Assembly: GCA_964035545.1 (NCBI GenBank) | Contig: OZ037765.1 | Location: 992,001-1,056,000 of the forward strand | Source of the DNA: Bugula neritina | Lineage: Eukaryota > Animalia > Bryozoa | Reading direction: 5' to 3' | DNA: 64,000 nucleotides | In this document: piece by piece, positions 25,452-39,500 of the stretch | Numbering within the stretch: position 1 is the stretch's first letter | How the letters are laid out: each line of letters starts with the position of its first letter | Made by a program: the position numbers and the translations under genes | Notes under the pieces: generated by a model | The model's database searches: none | Told to the model about the DNA's origin: nothing | Seen by the model: only the letters and a program-made list of their open reading frames with translations

Positions 25452-26697
25452 GATTCTTCTAGAAGCACACTTGAGCTTTAAACTCCAGCGATCTACATTT
25501 AGTTTTGATTTGCCAGGCATGAACTAATCAACAGCTTGAAAGATTAGTCAACTGCTAATCTGAACTTGTTGAAGGAGAAAATATTTTATCACTATGGAAT
25601 AGTGTGGATAATATTCATATAATGTTTCATATTGTTTTATACTCTGTTATAATACTGCAATTGATATATTAAAGGGAAGTAAATCCTATATGCTACTATA
25701 TTTACAGCATACTTATGCTATTTATTGCAACATGGATCATAAGACAGATTACTGCTTTTTGGGAGATTTAATGGAAGAATTATTTTCACAACTAATCAAC
25801 ACAATATGAGTTGGACAATATATTTTACAAGCTTTTTATCTACAACTTTCCTGTGCATCACATCTAGTAGCAATATATCCTGCACGGTTATGCTGATAAG
25901 TTGGAGTTGCACTATCTTATTCACGAAGGAAAAATAACTCCAATTTCCAGACATGCACAAAACTGAAATAATTACTTATATAAATACTGGAATAAGAGAG
26001 AACAGAGTTGATGTAAATATAATTTGTATTTCCGTTACACAGAAACAAATGGACAAAATTATGAGAAATAAAATCAATCAATAAAATACAGAAAATACAA
26101 AACATAATTGCAGAATACTATAATCATTGTAAATCGGTATTAAAATATAATATAATATATTATACCCACACATACTATGTAGTTAAAGCCAACATAATGT
26201 TGTTTATCAAGCCAGCATAAATAGAGTTGTTTCCTCTCTGAGAAAACTAATATAAAACTATTTATGCCAGTCCCGCAAAATATTATTATTACAAGACTAT
26301 GCCAGTAAACACTATAAGGAGTTGTCATTCATTAAGCTGTTACCATTTCCATAATTATTTCCAACACAGCAGATATGCAGTTTTAGTGGCAGCATTCAAC
26401 GAAGGCGGGATGAGTTAGACTCAAATTGACAGATTAAGTCGGGTGGGGCGTGTTGCACCCCAACAAACAGGCACTTTACTTAGTTCAACAGAGCTGTAGG
26501 CCTCAAAACTTTCTTTAATACTAACTTAAACCTGGATGAGAGGTCATGTATTTTGAATACAGGACACGGCAGAGCTTATACAGTGCTTAGTGATGTCACA
26601 AGAGTGGTACTTGTGATGTCATAAAGTTCTCTACTAGTGTTATTAGAGCAGCTGTGATGTCATAAGGGCGCTGTGATGTCATAAGGGCGCTGTGATG

Positions 26698-29600
26698 TCA
26701 CGGATTTTCATCTGATGATGTCAGCTGCTTTTCGTGGTCATACTTTGAGGAGCCTTGAAAGAAAATGAAAATGAAATTTAGAAAATTACTTGCAGCTCAA
26801 AACTCAGACAAGAACATAAAAGGTCCAGAACGAAAAGTTCAGCATAGAGTGAGTAGATAGAAGTATAGAGTGAGTAGATAGAAGTATAGAGTGAGTAGAT
26901 AGAAGTATAGAGTGAGTAGATAGAAGTATAGAGAGAGTATATAGAAGTATAGAGAGAGTAGATAGAAGTATAGAGTGAGTAGATAGAAGTATAGAGTGAG
27001 TAGATAGAAGTATAGAGTGAGTAGATAGAAGTATAGAGTGAGTAGATAGAAGTATAGAGAGAGTATATAGAAGTATAGAGAGAGTAGATAGAAGTATAGA
27101 GTGAGTAGATAGAAGTATAGAGTGAGTAGATAGAAGTATAGAGTGAGTAGATAGAAGTATAGAGTGAGTAGATAGAAGTATAGAGAGAGTATATAGAAGT
27201 ATAGAGAGAGTAGATAGAAGTATAGAGTGAGTAGATAGAAGTATAGAGTGAGTAGATAGAAGTATAGAGAGAGTATATAGAAGTATAGAGAGAGTAGATA
27301 GAAGTATAGAGTGAGTAGATAGAAGTATAGAGTGAGTAGATAGAAGTATAGAGTGAGTAGATAGAAGTATAGAGAGAGTAGATAGAAGTATAGAGAGAGT
27401 AGATAGAAGTATAGAGAGAGAGAGAGTAGATAGAAGTATAGAGAGAGTAGATAGAAGTATAGAGTGAGTAGATAGAAGTATAGAGTGAGTAGATAGAAGT
27501 ATAGAGAGAGTATATAGAAGTATAGAGAGAGTAGATAGAAGTATAGAGTGAGTAGATAGAAGTATAGAGTGAGTAGATAGAAGTATAGAGTGAGTAGATA
27601 GAAGTATAGAGAGAGTAGATAGAAGTATAGAGAGAATAGATAGAAGTATAGAGAGAGTATATAGAAGTATAGAGATAGTAGATAGAAGTATAGAGAGAGT
27701 AGATAGAAGTATAGAGAGAGTATATAGAAGTATAATGTGAGTATATAGAAGTATAATGTGAGTATATAGAAGTATAGAGATAGTAGATAGAAGTATAGAG
27801 TGAGTAGATAGAAGTATAGAGTGAGTAGGTAGAAGTATAGAGAGAGTAGATAGAAGTATAGAGTGAGTAGATAGAAGTATAGAGTGAGTAGATAGAAGTA
27901 TAGAGTGAGTAGATAGAAGTATAGAGTGAGTAGATAGAAGTATAGAGTGAGTAGATAGAAGTATAGAGTGAGTAGATAGAAGTATAGAGAGAGTAGATAG
28001 AAGTATAGAGAGAATAGATAGAAGTATAGAGAGAGTATATAGAAGTATAGAGATAGTAGATAGAAGTATAGAGAGAGTAGATAGAAGTATAGAGAGAGTA
28101 TATAGAAGTATAATGTGAGTATATAGAAGTATAATGTGAGTATATAGAAGTATAGAGATAGTAGATAGAAGTATAGAGTGAGTAGATAGAAGTATAGAGT
28201 GAGTAGGTAGAAGTATAGAGTGAGTAGGTAGAAGTATAGAGTGAGTAGATAGAAGTATAGAGTGAGTAGATAGAAGTATAGAGTGAGTAGATAGAAGTAT
28301 AGAGTGAGTAGATAGAAGTATAGAGTGAGTAGGTAGAAGTATAGAGTGAGTAGGTAGAAGTATAGAGTGAGTAGATAGAAGTATAGAGTGAGTAGATAGA
28401 AGTATAGAGTGAGTAGATAGAAGTATAGAGAGAGTAGATAGAAGTATAGAGTGAGTAGATAGAAGTATAGAGTGAGTAGATAGAAGTATAGAGTGAGTAG
28501 ATATACTGAGAGAATATTTACCTGGTAAGAGCGGAGAGAGAAGAGAACTGGCAGTAGAGTTGCTATTCTGTCTAGAGAGTTGTCTCCCCACCACTCCTCC
28601 GTTACCAGCAGACTTAGTGTTTGATTTGATAGATTCCGGTATGAAAGTGGCAATAACAATGGCGGCTAAAACTAAGATGGCTCCCAGGGCGAAAGGAGGC
28701 CCGGGTACTAACTGTAAAGGAAATGGAACACACGTGAGCATAAACTGGTGACATCACAACTCTCCCCGAATAACTTGACAAACTCTCAATACTAAATTAA
28801 TTCTGTGAAGCTGTCTTAATGATGAGTCATACTAAAAATTTCATCTTATAATCATTTGAGTTCATACATAAAGCTGTTGCGGAGTAAGCCAACAAAGACG
28901 ACATTCCATAGAATGATTGAAATTATTCATTAAAACTGGTATGCAAACAACAATGACATCAGCACACATATTGATTACATTATCACGTATATGGATGACA
29001 TCACGACTTACGCGATCAGTGAGACTCGTGCTCTCAGCCTGCACAGTTCTCGTGTCAGGCATGATGTTAGACTTTATAGAGCCTTCCTTTTTGTCGTTGA
29101 GATCAACATTGAACAGATAGAAGACGAATCCAAACAGCGCGGGTCCCAGTCCCATACATAATCCTCTAATGCCCGTCACCACCCCCTGCGCTACACCTGC
29201 AACAAAATTGACGTCTACAGTTACTCTCACGAGGCGATGATAGCTACAAACTACTTGATTAGCTAGGATTTGAATGATGAGACTGAATTTAAGTTGTCTT
29301 ACCCTGCTGGTCAGGATTAGCCTGTGAGGAGACAAAGGCGCTGATAGCTGGATAGGTTATACTAGAAACTGAGGCTACAAATCCAGCCACCCACATGACC
29401 CTGTAAACATCCAATATACTACAATCAGTACCACAATACAATCAGTACCACAGACACTACAATCAGTACCACAGACAGTACAATCAGTACCGCAGATAAA
29501 CAAACAAGGAGTTACCTCCCCATACACTAGGGTAGTATAAATAGTTTACCAATTGGTGGACCCGAAGCCATATAGCGTCAGCTGTATAGTCTCTGCTGAT

Positions 29601-32600
29601 AGACCTATTATTATGGCAGTTTTAGCACCAAGATACGACATCAAAATGGCCAGCAAAACAGTCTACAACAAAATGGATTATTATTACAAAGAAAATCAAT
29701 ATAAAAGAAAGTCAATAAAACAGTCTACAATAATATTATCCTAATGAAGTAAACTGATAGATGAAAGGAAAAAGCATTAGACTAATTACAAAAATGTTAT
29801 TAGAGGTAACACTGCATAAATATAAATTAACAATACACCATATAATATTAGCTTAGCCTCAGCTCACTAACCTGGGCCAACACGGATAGGATGCCTACAA
29901 AGGCTATGTATGACGCCACAGCCTGTTCACTGAAGTTCATCACCTGCAAGAGAGGATAACTCAGTGAAACAGTGTGTAGCAGTAGACAAGGAATAGCTGG
30001 CTACAGGTGAAGGTCACTGAAGAGATGAAGGTCACTGGAGAGGTGAGATCACACTTACCAGTTTGAGGTAGACAAAGAAACAAGAGTATTCCCCAGCTTC
30101 GGGCAGATAAGAGAGTAGAACAGTGAAACAGAGAAGTAAAATGAGCTTGTCGTGACCCAGTTTCTTCAACGCCTGCAATGAGCATTACCACTGTGACGGT
30201 ACACACAGCATTACCACTGTGACGGTACACACAGCATTGCCACTGTGACGGTACACACAGCATTGCCACTGTGACGGTACACACAGCATTACCACTGTGA
30301 CGGTACACACAGTATTACCACTGTGACGGTACACACAGCATTACAGTGAAAGTGATAACACAGCTAACTAAAGTGAAAGTGATGAATCAGCGAATCAGAT
30401 AGCTGTTATCAGGAAGCAAGAATTTCATCATAACAATCAACACAAGTTTGTCCTCAGTGTATAAATAGAGAAACATTATTCAATATTGAGACTTGAGTTG
30501 AAATAAATCAATCAATTGTCAGTATTTATCTACTCTCAGATCTGTTATGAAGGACATTGTACTGTCAACTGGCATTACTTTGGATCAACTGGTTTATACT
30601 GAATATGGTACAGCTGAACTATCATATACACTACAGCAGAATATAGGTACACTCAGCCCAGTGGAATATCAACAGTATCTGAAAGGAAAGAAGCGCGAAA
30701 CCCCCCCCCCCCCCTTACATTCAGAGACGGTAAAGGACACTTAGGCTAACAAGTAAAGGACACTTAGACAAAGTCTTACCCCGAACGGGTCTGCTTTCTC
30801 CCAGGAGATGTGGGAGCCCCAGGAGGTTGTGGGTCTCATCTTGTCTGGGAGAGACTCGGGCATGAATACGAGAATAAAGAGGATGTCTAAGGCAGCGACA
30901 GCGCTGGCTATTATAATGACTACATTCTGACTATATACATTCTCTATGAAAGCACCAATAGCTGGGCTGGTGATGAGACTGGCAGCAAATGTTGCTGACA
31001 CCTGAAAATAGAGTATGACACCTTGCTGACACCTTGTATATAGTATATACTGACACCTTGCATATATTGTATACTGACAGCTAGTATATTGTATATACTG
31101 ACACCTTGTATATTGTATATACTGACAGCTAGTATATTGTATATACTGACACCTAGTATATTGTATATACTGACAGCTAGTATATTGTATATACTGACAG
31201 CTAGTATATTGTATATACTGACAGCTAGTATATTGTATATACTGACAGCTAGTATATTGTATATACTGACAGCTAGTATATTGTATATACTGACACCTTG
31301 TACATATTGTATATACAGTATATAAAGAGACACTTACCAGACCATAAGCCGAGCTCCTCTCTTCTTCAGACGTTATGTCTGCCACGTACGCAAAAACTAC
31401 GCTAAACGTTACAGCAAACGCTCCTGAGAGAGAGATTAAAGCAAAGTACCACCTGGAAAGTGTATATATGATAATAATATAGTATAATATAAAATACATT
31501 ATAACACAACATATAATACAACACAGTAAATATGGAGAGGTGACTTGATATTAAGATCTAACAACTCCAGTTAGTATCCAGTCAACACCCTGATGTAAGT
31601 ATATGCTGTGTAATATGTAATCATATGTAGAGTTCATGACCTTTAGATGATGTCATTGAGTTTTCGTATGATGTCCTACACACTCTCATCTACTGACTAG
31701 TTACTAGGTAATAGTTACTAGATAATAGCCACTAGGTAGTAGTTACTCAATAATAGTTACTAGATAGTAGTCACTAGGTTAGAGTTAATAGTTGATAGTG
31801 ACAAACTCACCACGGACTAATCATCATGAAAGGTATAGGCGCGCAGGTACAAGCCACTGTGAGTATAAGGAAAGGTTTTCTACCTATCGTGTCGGACATG
31901 GCGCCAACCAGGGGGGCACTGAGGAAGGAGAGAATACCCTGTAATAAATACCATGAGGATAGAATGGAGGGTATAGAGTGGAGAGTATAGACTACAGAGT
32001 AGGGAGTATAAACTAGAGAGTATAGAGTGTAGAATAGAGAGTAGGGAGTATAGACTAGAGAGTATAGAGTATAGAATAGAGAGAATAGAATGTAAACTAG
32101 ATAGTGTATATATTGCAGACTAAACTCTAAAGAGATATAACTCTGAAATAAAGAGCACACTTGTAATATAAGAGAATACAATATATAACCACATGCCTGT
32201 GGATCATAATATGACAGTCACACACCACATCACGTACAAAGATATGCTTCCCTCCCTTATCAGACACACAGACAGACACACACACAGACAGACACACATC
32301 TATTCTAGTAAGTCACGGAATATTTCACCATATATATTAACTTGACTACATTTCCTGTTACACAACACTAACACTAACACTCTACAGTTTAGTTTCACAT
32401 ATAGAGTAGAAATAAGCTAACAGTAGGCTACAAATCCTGGTATATTTTACCAATTCTTTTGACTGGGAGATTACTGAAGTGAGAATATAAGACTAAGGAG
32501 GGCTTACAGCTGTTCTGTGACATAATAATAAATGATATGAAAAGAATTAGACTATTAAATAGAATAGTTGAAGAGATGGAGACAGTAGAGCTGTAGTACA

Positions 32601-34807
32601 GAGTACCAGTGGCATGTGTGAGTAGAGTAACAGAGTACCAGTAGCATGTGTGAGTAGAGTAACAGTGTACCAGTAGAAGTAGAGTACACTAACAAAGTAG
32701 GTGTAATCTGCAATGCTTTGTGAGATTATGGAAGATAATAACAGCTGTTCAGTTCATCTCTCTACTCAGTGGCTGGTAGTGGTAGTATTGTGTGGGTACA
32801 CTGCTTAGCTGAGAGAGTAATGGTAGTATTGTGTGGGCACACTGCTTAGCTGAGGAAGTAATGGTAGTATTGTGTGGGTACACTGCTTAGCTGAGAGACT
32901 AGAGGTGGTATTGTGTGGGTACACTGCTTAGCTGAGGGAGTAGTGATAGTATTGTGTGGGTACACTGCTTAGCTGAGAGAGTAGAGGTGGTATTATGTGG
33001 GTACACTGCTGGTGAATAAACTTATCAGTAACGGGGTGCTCCACTGTTACACTTGCTTACACTGTATGCAGGGTACTATTATTTACAGTGTATGCAGGAT
33101 AATCACTCACCTTGACCCCTTGTATAAGCCCATTACATAGAAACGTGTGCTCTGGAAAAGTAGCATGTGTGATCTAAATAAAATAGAGTAGATAAATATA
33201 GAAGTTTTCCACTCTAATGTTATGTAGACAAGAGATAAACATGTATGCTCTGCAGTAAAGGACTGCCAAAATATCATCGGTTAAATTTCTAGAGATCTAA
33301 ATGATTTACTTACATCACTAATAGTGTACCTACTCTCAAAATGTACTCACACTGATGGTATACTTACTCTTATAATGTACCTACTCTTATAGTATACTTA
33401 CAGTTACAGTGTACTTACACTGATAGTAGGTGTAGTCAGCAATCCCCAAGCAAAGAACTCGAGGAATATAACCACTAGAGCGTGATAAACAGACGGCTTA
33501 ATGTTACTCTCAGACTAAAACAGAGAATAAAATAAGATTCACTCAACTCTATGCTTAGAAAGTTGCTGCTAAACAATTCTGTTATCTAGATTCTAACAGA
33601 ACGAAGACTACTGTGCTTATTGAATTTGGCAGAACTTTACGCCATTAGCCTTGGGATCTCAATATGTCATAATAAACAGTAGAATTGCCTGAATCTTACA
33701 GGTGAATAGCATGCAGAAGATATCTGACTAATATTTTACTAATTTATGAAAACTTCATTGAGAAATGTTGTTGAATTTGAAGAGATATGCCAACAGGTGA
33801 AACTGTAAGAATGTGACTAAACCAAAGTTATCAACCAGTCTATCTAGGTCCTAGGTCTATATGTCATTGACCTGTAAACTAACAGCTCCAAAACTGGATA
33901 CAATTCAAATGACATCTATGAGATATATAACTGAAGATGCGAGATGGCGGCAGATGCTCTCTAATCAACATGTTGATGGGGATTGAAAAACTTGACAAAT
34001 TCAAGTAAATTTAGTAACACAATCATACAATGTGCTGATAACCAACATGCCACAAATGATTCTAATGAGTCTATTTGACTTCCATCAGTCCCACACAAAC
34101 ACAGTGGCATATTGAAGACTTCAGAATAATGGTCTAGAAGTACCATCACAATACATCAAACACAGACCACTGAAATGCATGGGGCAGTAGAGGCTAGCGT
34201 AGTTTTACACAAAGAACTTCAACTACTACTAATAGACAAGTAGTACTAGTCTACTATGTCTATGATTTCTAGTTCTAAAGCAAAACGTTATCAGATATTT
34301 CACAGATATTTATAGTCTTAGTTATGGTAAAATCAAACTCACTACTACTAGTAGTAGTAGTCCTTAATAACTAACACAGTATCAAGTATTTGCAGTTTAG
34401 TACAATTAACAGCTAGTATTACTGTTAGTGTTGGAACGTACAACTCTAAAAGCAAAACTGAAAGTGGAAACTAAAAGTAAAATTTAGGGTTTGAGACGAA
34501 TAGTTAAACTTAAACTTTTAGTAAAAGTAGGAACAAGTTCAAGAACTACCAGTACCACTACTACTAGTACTAGTACTCTACTAGTACTAGTAGTAGCACT
34601 AGTAGTAGTAGTATAAAAGTACCTAAAACGATTAATTTCAAATTATTACCTAAAGCTAATGTTAAACTTAATAGTTAAAAACTTCAACTTACAGTTACTC
34701 TTAGAGTTATTGTTAGTACTTACAAACTTTGCTGAGTCGTCCAAGAGCATTCGTTTTCCACGAATTGTGCTACCGACCACACGCTTAGTTCTTTTAGCAC
34801 TGATCAT
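26698..34807 (-). CDS. MFSD14: Hippocampus abundant transcript 1 / MFSD14 family MFS transporter, 511 aa, 13 exons
   Basis: Exons (minus) 34807-34724, 33514-33419, 33173-33111, 31938-31811, 31452-31338, 31001-30780, 30172-30059, 29943-29872, 29662-29550, 29400-29303, 29196-29012, 28711-28522, 26753-26698 (1536 nt). HIAT1 signature segments PSVYHALVVIFLEFFAWGLLT, GAMSDTIGRK, FAVTFSVVFAYVADIT, SWEKADPF, QGVVTGIRGLC.GLGPALFG, PGPPF. Confidence 0.95.
26843..28503. repeat. 21-bp minisatellite (AGAAGTATAGAGTGAGTAGAT) x ~79 filling the last MFSD14 intron
   Basis: Directly visible; source of the 645-aa and 606-aa repetitive ORFs. Confidence 0.97.
30181..30343. repeat. 26-bp minisatellite (AGCATTACCACTGTGACGGTACACAC) x ~6, MFSD14 intron 6
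   Basis: Visible array abutting the exon 7 acceptor. Confidence 0.9.
31025..31320. repeat. 24-bp minisatellite (TACTGACAGCTAGTATATTGTATA) x ~12, MFSD14 intron 5
   Basis: Visible array filling most of the 336-nt intron. Confidence 0.9.
32783..33010. repeat. 41-bp minisatellite x ~5.5, MFSD14 intron 3
   Basis: GTATTGTGTGGGTACACTGCTTAGCTGAG core recurring every 41 bp from 32785. Confidence 0.88.
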
Positions 34808-34809
34808 AA

Positions 34810-35652
34810 TATAACAGTGGCCAACATAGAGAGCATTTGTTGCTAGCTAAACCATTTTAACCTAACTGGAAATTCAATATACTAAAATAAAATCTTTTAC
34901 CGAGAATATTTATATTGGACTTGGTATTCGTATTGTAAAGCCTATGGACTATGGCTATAGTAATGTAAATGACGCTACACAGTCAAAAGTGGCAAAGTAA
35001 TAATCACTGCCTTGACCCAAGAATAATTTATTTAGATTTGTCTCCCCAAAATCCTATGTTAAAGCTATTCATCAATAAGGTGAGGATCAATAACAATAAA
35101 TTATTGTAATATTTAAGTCCACCACCCGATTAGGAAATGGCAGAGAAAGATGAAAAGAATAGGATTTTTAAAACATAACTTTTAAAATAAAATTTCCGTT
35201 TTTATTCTATATTTTCATTTCATGTGTGAGAAAGCATTATTGATGCAATGGAAGAGTTGTTTTCCCACCATGCAAGAATATTCACAGAACTAAAACATAA
35301 TTTTATTACAAAATTATGTAATTTTCCCGTAGAGTTATTTTTCGACAGGAACCCTCTCGTGTTATTGTCAATAACTGAATCACGGGCTATTCGTCTCTCT
35401 CTTGCTCATTGGACGAAAATGCTACCGCGAATACTTTATAACAGCATTTGATTTAGATTTTCACTAAATCTTGAAGCTTTGTGAATGGAACGTCCCCACT
35501 ACTGACTACTACTACTACTACTAGGCTTTACCATATCATTATTTTTATAGGGTTTTATTAAATCGTACACAGTGTCAATCAAGCCTAACCTTGAATATTG
35601 TTTTTAAAGATTTAATCGCAATACGAACAGCCGGGATCCGGATACTGGATAG
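34810..35652. promoter_or_regulatory. Divergent (head-to-head) promoter region MFSD14 / ARL6IP6
   Basis: MFSD14 ATG at 34807 (minus). A likely non-coding first exon of ARL6IP6 ends at the strong donor TAG|GTAAGT at 35652. CpG is locally more frequent. Confidence 0.55.
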
Positions 35653-35744
35653 GTAAGTGACTAAGTCACTAAAAGTAAATTAACAATTTTTAGTTTTACT
35701 AAATCTAAGTTAGTGTTACTGTTGCTCTAAGTGAGTCACTGCCA

Positions 35745-35910
35745 CTAGTAGTAGCTGTAGTAATACTAGTACTATAGTACTAGTAGTGCTAGTGCTATTA
35801 GGAGTACTACTACTAGTAGTAGTACTAGTAGTACTAGTAGTAGTAGTAGTACTACTACTAGTAGTAGTAGTAGTACTACTACTACTAGTAGTAGTACTAA
35901 TACTAATAGT
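35745..35910. repeat. (TAG/CTA)n low-complexity microsatellite
   Basis: Mixed-orientation AGT/ACT triplets. Similar tracts at ~34545-34615 and ~43105-43250. Confidence 0.85.
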
Positions 35911-36569
35911 AGACGCAGTCATGTGAATCATTAAATCTACTTCTTTCATTTATTCAATCATCAATGTCACAAAACTTAAACTAGAGTGACTATACTAATA
36001 CTATGATTATCAGTATGTCTTATGACTATTTACACTATTTGTCTCATTTTGATTGTAAATATTATTGGTGTTGGTTGTTGCCACTGTCATGACTTATAGT
36101 AATACTTCACTCACATAAACTCAAAGTGATAATTACATTTACAATGATAAGTGTAACAGTTGCTAGCCCTAATAGTTAGTGTTACTTGAAGTTATTATAA
36201 TTATTATTTCTAATGACCAATTACTGTGATTTAGATAGCATTACTACTAGTTGCCAATTAAGTTAAACACTGAAATGGAACACAAAAAACTGCATTTTTA
36301 TTTTAGCTATTCTAGTGCCAGTATCATTATGAGTATTATTTATACTTATAAATTACTGAGTAATTACTATTGGTATTAATAATAATAATATATCGCTTAC
36401 TGTTGTATTAACAATTAAGGATGCTATCACTGTGAGTATAACTGAAAGTAGACAACTGAGTAGCAGCATCTATATTATATATAGTTGACATAAATATCAT
36501 TTTGGATCAGAAGTAATTAGCGTGGTATGGATGCATTTCTATATTTAATAGCAGTTGTCTACCCTGAGA

Positions 36570-39500
36570 ATGGTGCTCACTCGTAGTGGTACTGTCGTAA
36601 AAAGGCCTGGAGTGAGATTCAAGAGAGGTTCTGGTGTGCGGAAAGTACTCGAGTTTGACGACAGCGGCGTGTTTTCAGACTTTGACGACAATCTTTCTCC
36701 CGTCATTCACACTCAAAAACCAAAGGGGATATTAAAAAGCACTCAATCAAATAACAGTTTTCAACTAGCAGACGATTCTTCTGATGGACAATCATTTGCC
36801 GAGGAAGAATTCTCTGACTGGGCAGACAACTCTAGTACAGATGGGATGTACGATGTTAGTGGTGAGACTGCACAAAGACTCAGTAGTCTGTGTAGAGATG
36901 CTGTTATATTTCTCCTGGTCACCTCTGTGTGCTACTTTGTCACCTCTTTCATCTGTAAGTATAGCAAACATGAGAACACTTATGTGGGTTACTACATAAT
37001 GTTTACGGTTAAGAAAATTGTTGAATTTTTGACTCATCGATTTTGCCGAGGCAACAAAATTAGGCTAAGTTTTGTGGAATAGACTTGACTCTACCAACCC
37101 TTCCGCTTCCCAATGAAAAATTTTTGTTTTAGTTTAACCTTAGTAGTTTGAGGGATTTTTCACTTTTAGCAATACATATAATCGTCAAATAGCATCGTAC
37201 TGCCTGCTTGCAGATGTCCACTGGGGCTACTATATCTACACTCTGATTTGCTCACTCTACATCTTTATATTCTCATACAACATAACCTACTGTGATAGTC
37301 TGAACCCTGGAGTTATGCCCCCTGCACCAATCTCTTCATTCAAATACAGGTAGGCCGGACTGCTTTATATTAGACATTTATTTATCGTGAGGATATTAGC
37401 GTGCTGTCATATTGTTGGATTATTAAGGCAGCGGACAACTGTGGTTTAGTAGATAGAGACACGAATTAAGGTAGTAGATCAAACTTTAGCAGGGTCCTTT
37501 GTGATGTCAGGGAGAGCATCTGTAGTACACCTATAAATACACACCTTGGGGTTCCCTCTCACACTGCTGGGGTTCCCTCACACTCCACTGGGGTTCCCTC
37601 ACACACCACTGGGGTTCCATCTCGCACCACTGGGATTCCTTCTCGCACCACTGGGGTTTCCTCTCACTACTGGGGTTCCCTCACACACCACAGGAGTGGG
37701 ACTTTAAAGAACCTGAGTTTCAATGGGGAAAATTTGTCAAAGGGACATCTTTTTGTAAGACGACATTCATTCATCCAGTACTTAACAGCCAGTGACTCTG
37801 TGAATCACATTTGGAACTTTTATATACAATAAAACAAGCTGACAGCACTCTAGTGTACTGTCAGCACTCTAGTATAAGGCAGCAGCTATCACACTGGAGG
37901 TTAGAGGGTGCTCTATTGTTTCAGTCAGCGTAGAGGGTTAGCATCTCATACTCCTTCAATCAGTATAAAACAAACACTACAGTTATAGCTCCACTCCACA
38001 CAATACCCCTAACATTGTATCAAATCACTTATTGCAGCTGGTGTTTGCTTTCCATTCAATTTAATATTATTTGTGGTACGGACTCTTGGTCACCCATTGT
38101 ATGATTGGCAGGAATTTAAGGCTAAAACAATTGCAGCAAATTAATTGTTATCATTGTGATTGTGTAGGACTCTTTCTATTCAGTATAATGGAGTGACTGC
38201 AATGTTTGCTTGTGAAATTAATCGATGCATCACATTGTTGATAGGCTAATACTACCAGCTCTTAATGAATTTACATAACTTGTAAAACTAACATCTCTTG
38301 TCAATGCAACTCATACACGCTGCTTGAGGCAAATAAATATCCTGCTGTTTAATGTACTGCGGCTAACTTCTAGTAGCTTTGGACAAGGTCTTCTTTGAAA
38401 TGAAAATTATACCCATTTGGCAAAAAACTACACAACCTTTGCTTTGATTTTTGATTTCTGACCAGCCTGATAAAAATGTCTTAAATGGTGGGATTTGAAT
38501 CATCACTAACACTAATAGTCAATAAGTTAACTTTTGAGTCTTGTTTTTTTTTAATAAAATATAATAACAAACCAAATCGACTATATATAGTATTAATACT
38601 CAATGTATATTATATACTTTTATATCCAACTGTTTATATAGGAACTTCTGCGTACAGAATAGCTTCGGTAAAATTTTGAGTCTTGCATCTAAATTAATTC
38701 ATTTTGAGAACTATTGATTAAAGAATTCTTTTTTATTGAATACTTTAGTTAACTCTTGAAGTTTCACACTAGAATGCTCCTAGTGGGAATATTAGTTGTA
38801 TATTTGGCTACACATGAAACAAGTAGTAGAAAGTCTTGGCTCCTTTCATTGGCTGAATACGACTAGTTGACACCCCATTGGTTTACAAGTGGTTCAATAC
38901 TGACTCTTCACCCCCATAATCCCCTTGACGCTGTCTTGCTTTGTCTCAAGGACTTCTAAAGGGCAAGTTTTAGCTGTGATTAGCTATAACCAGGAAGTAG
39001 TTTGAGAGTATCATGAAGTTGTTTCCACTTGAGCGGTTTGGCTGTGGTGTGTAGTCACTGTGTGTGGTCATTTGGTGATTTACTCTCTTATGTGGTAATA
39101 AATCTAATATATTGAAGTGACAAAGTTTACAGGCTGTGTGACTCACTCGTGTTGTCATAGCAACAGCTCTAAATAATTTACTCATGTATGTCTACACTCT
39201 CCACTATCATTAGCATTATTAGTGCATTGGTACAGCTAATCATAGAAAGTTAATTTTATTTTGTCATAATAGTTGTTGATTCACCAAAAAGTTGTTTTTG
39301 AAAATTTGATGTGGAGTTGTGGGTCTAACGAATGACTTGACAATGTTTTTCCACAGTAAGTAGACTGAAAACTGTTCCCTTAACTTGCAGCAATACAAAA
39401 GGCTTTCTCTAGATATTTTCTAAATTTAGGTAGTTTTGTTGGGGTGGTTGGTGGATCACCCTTACTCTATACACGAGCATTAGTGGCTCTATTGTTCGAA

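Noticed and set aside
26804-28741. 645-aa and 606-aa ORFs as novel repetitive membrane proteins
   Set aside because: They are translations of a 21-bp intronic minisatellite; only 28711-28522 is a real MFSD14 exon.
32783-33010. CRISPR-like array (constant 29-bp core with variable ~12-bp gaps)
   Set aside because: The gaps are short and related to each other, the context is a eukaryotic intron, and there are no cas genes. It is an ordinary minisatellite.
33940-34150. Intronic snoRNA or internal promoter (AGATGGCGG) in MFSD14 intron 1
   Set aside because: No proper C box or terminal stem, and an isolated motif is not enough evidence.
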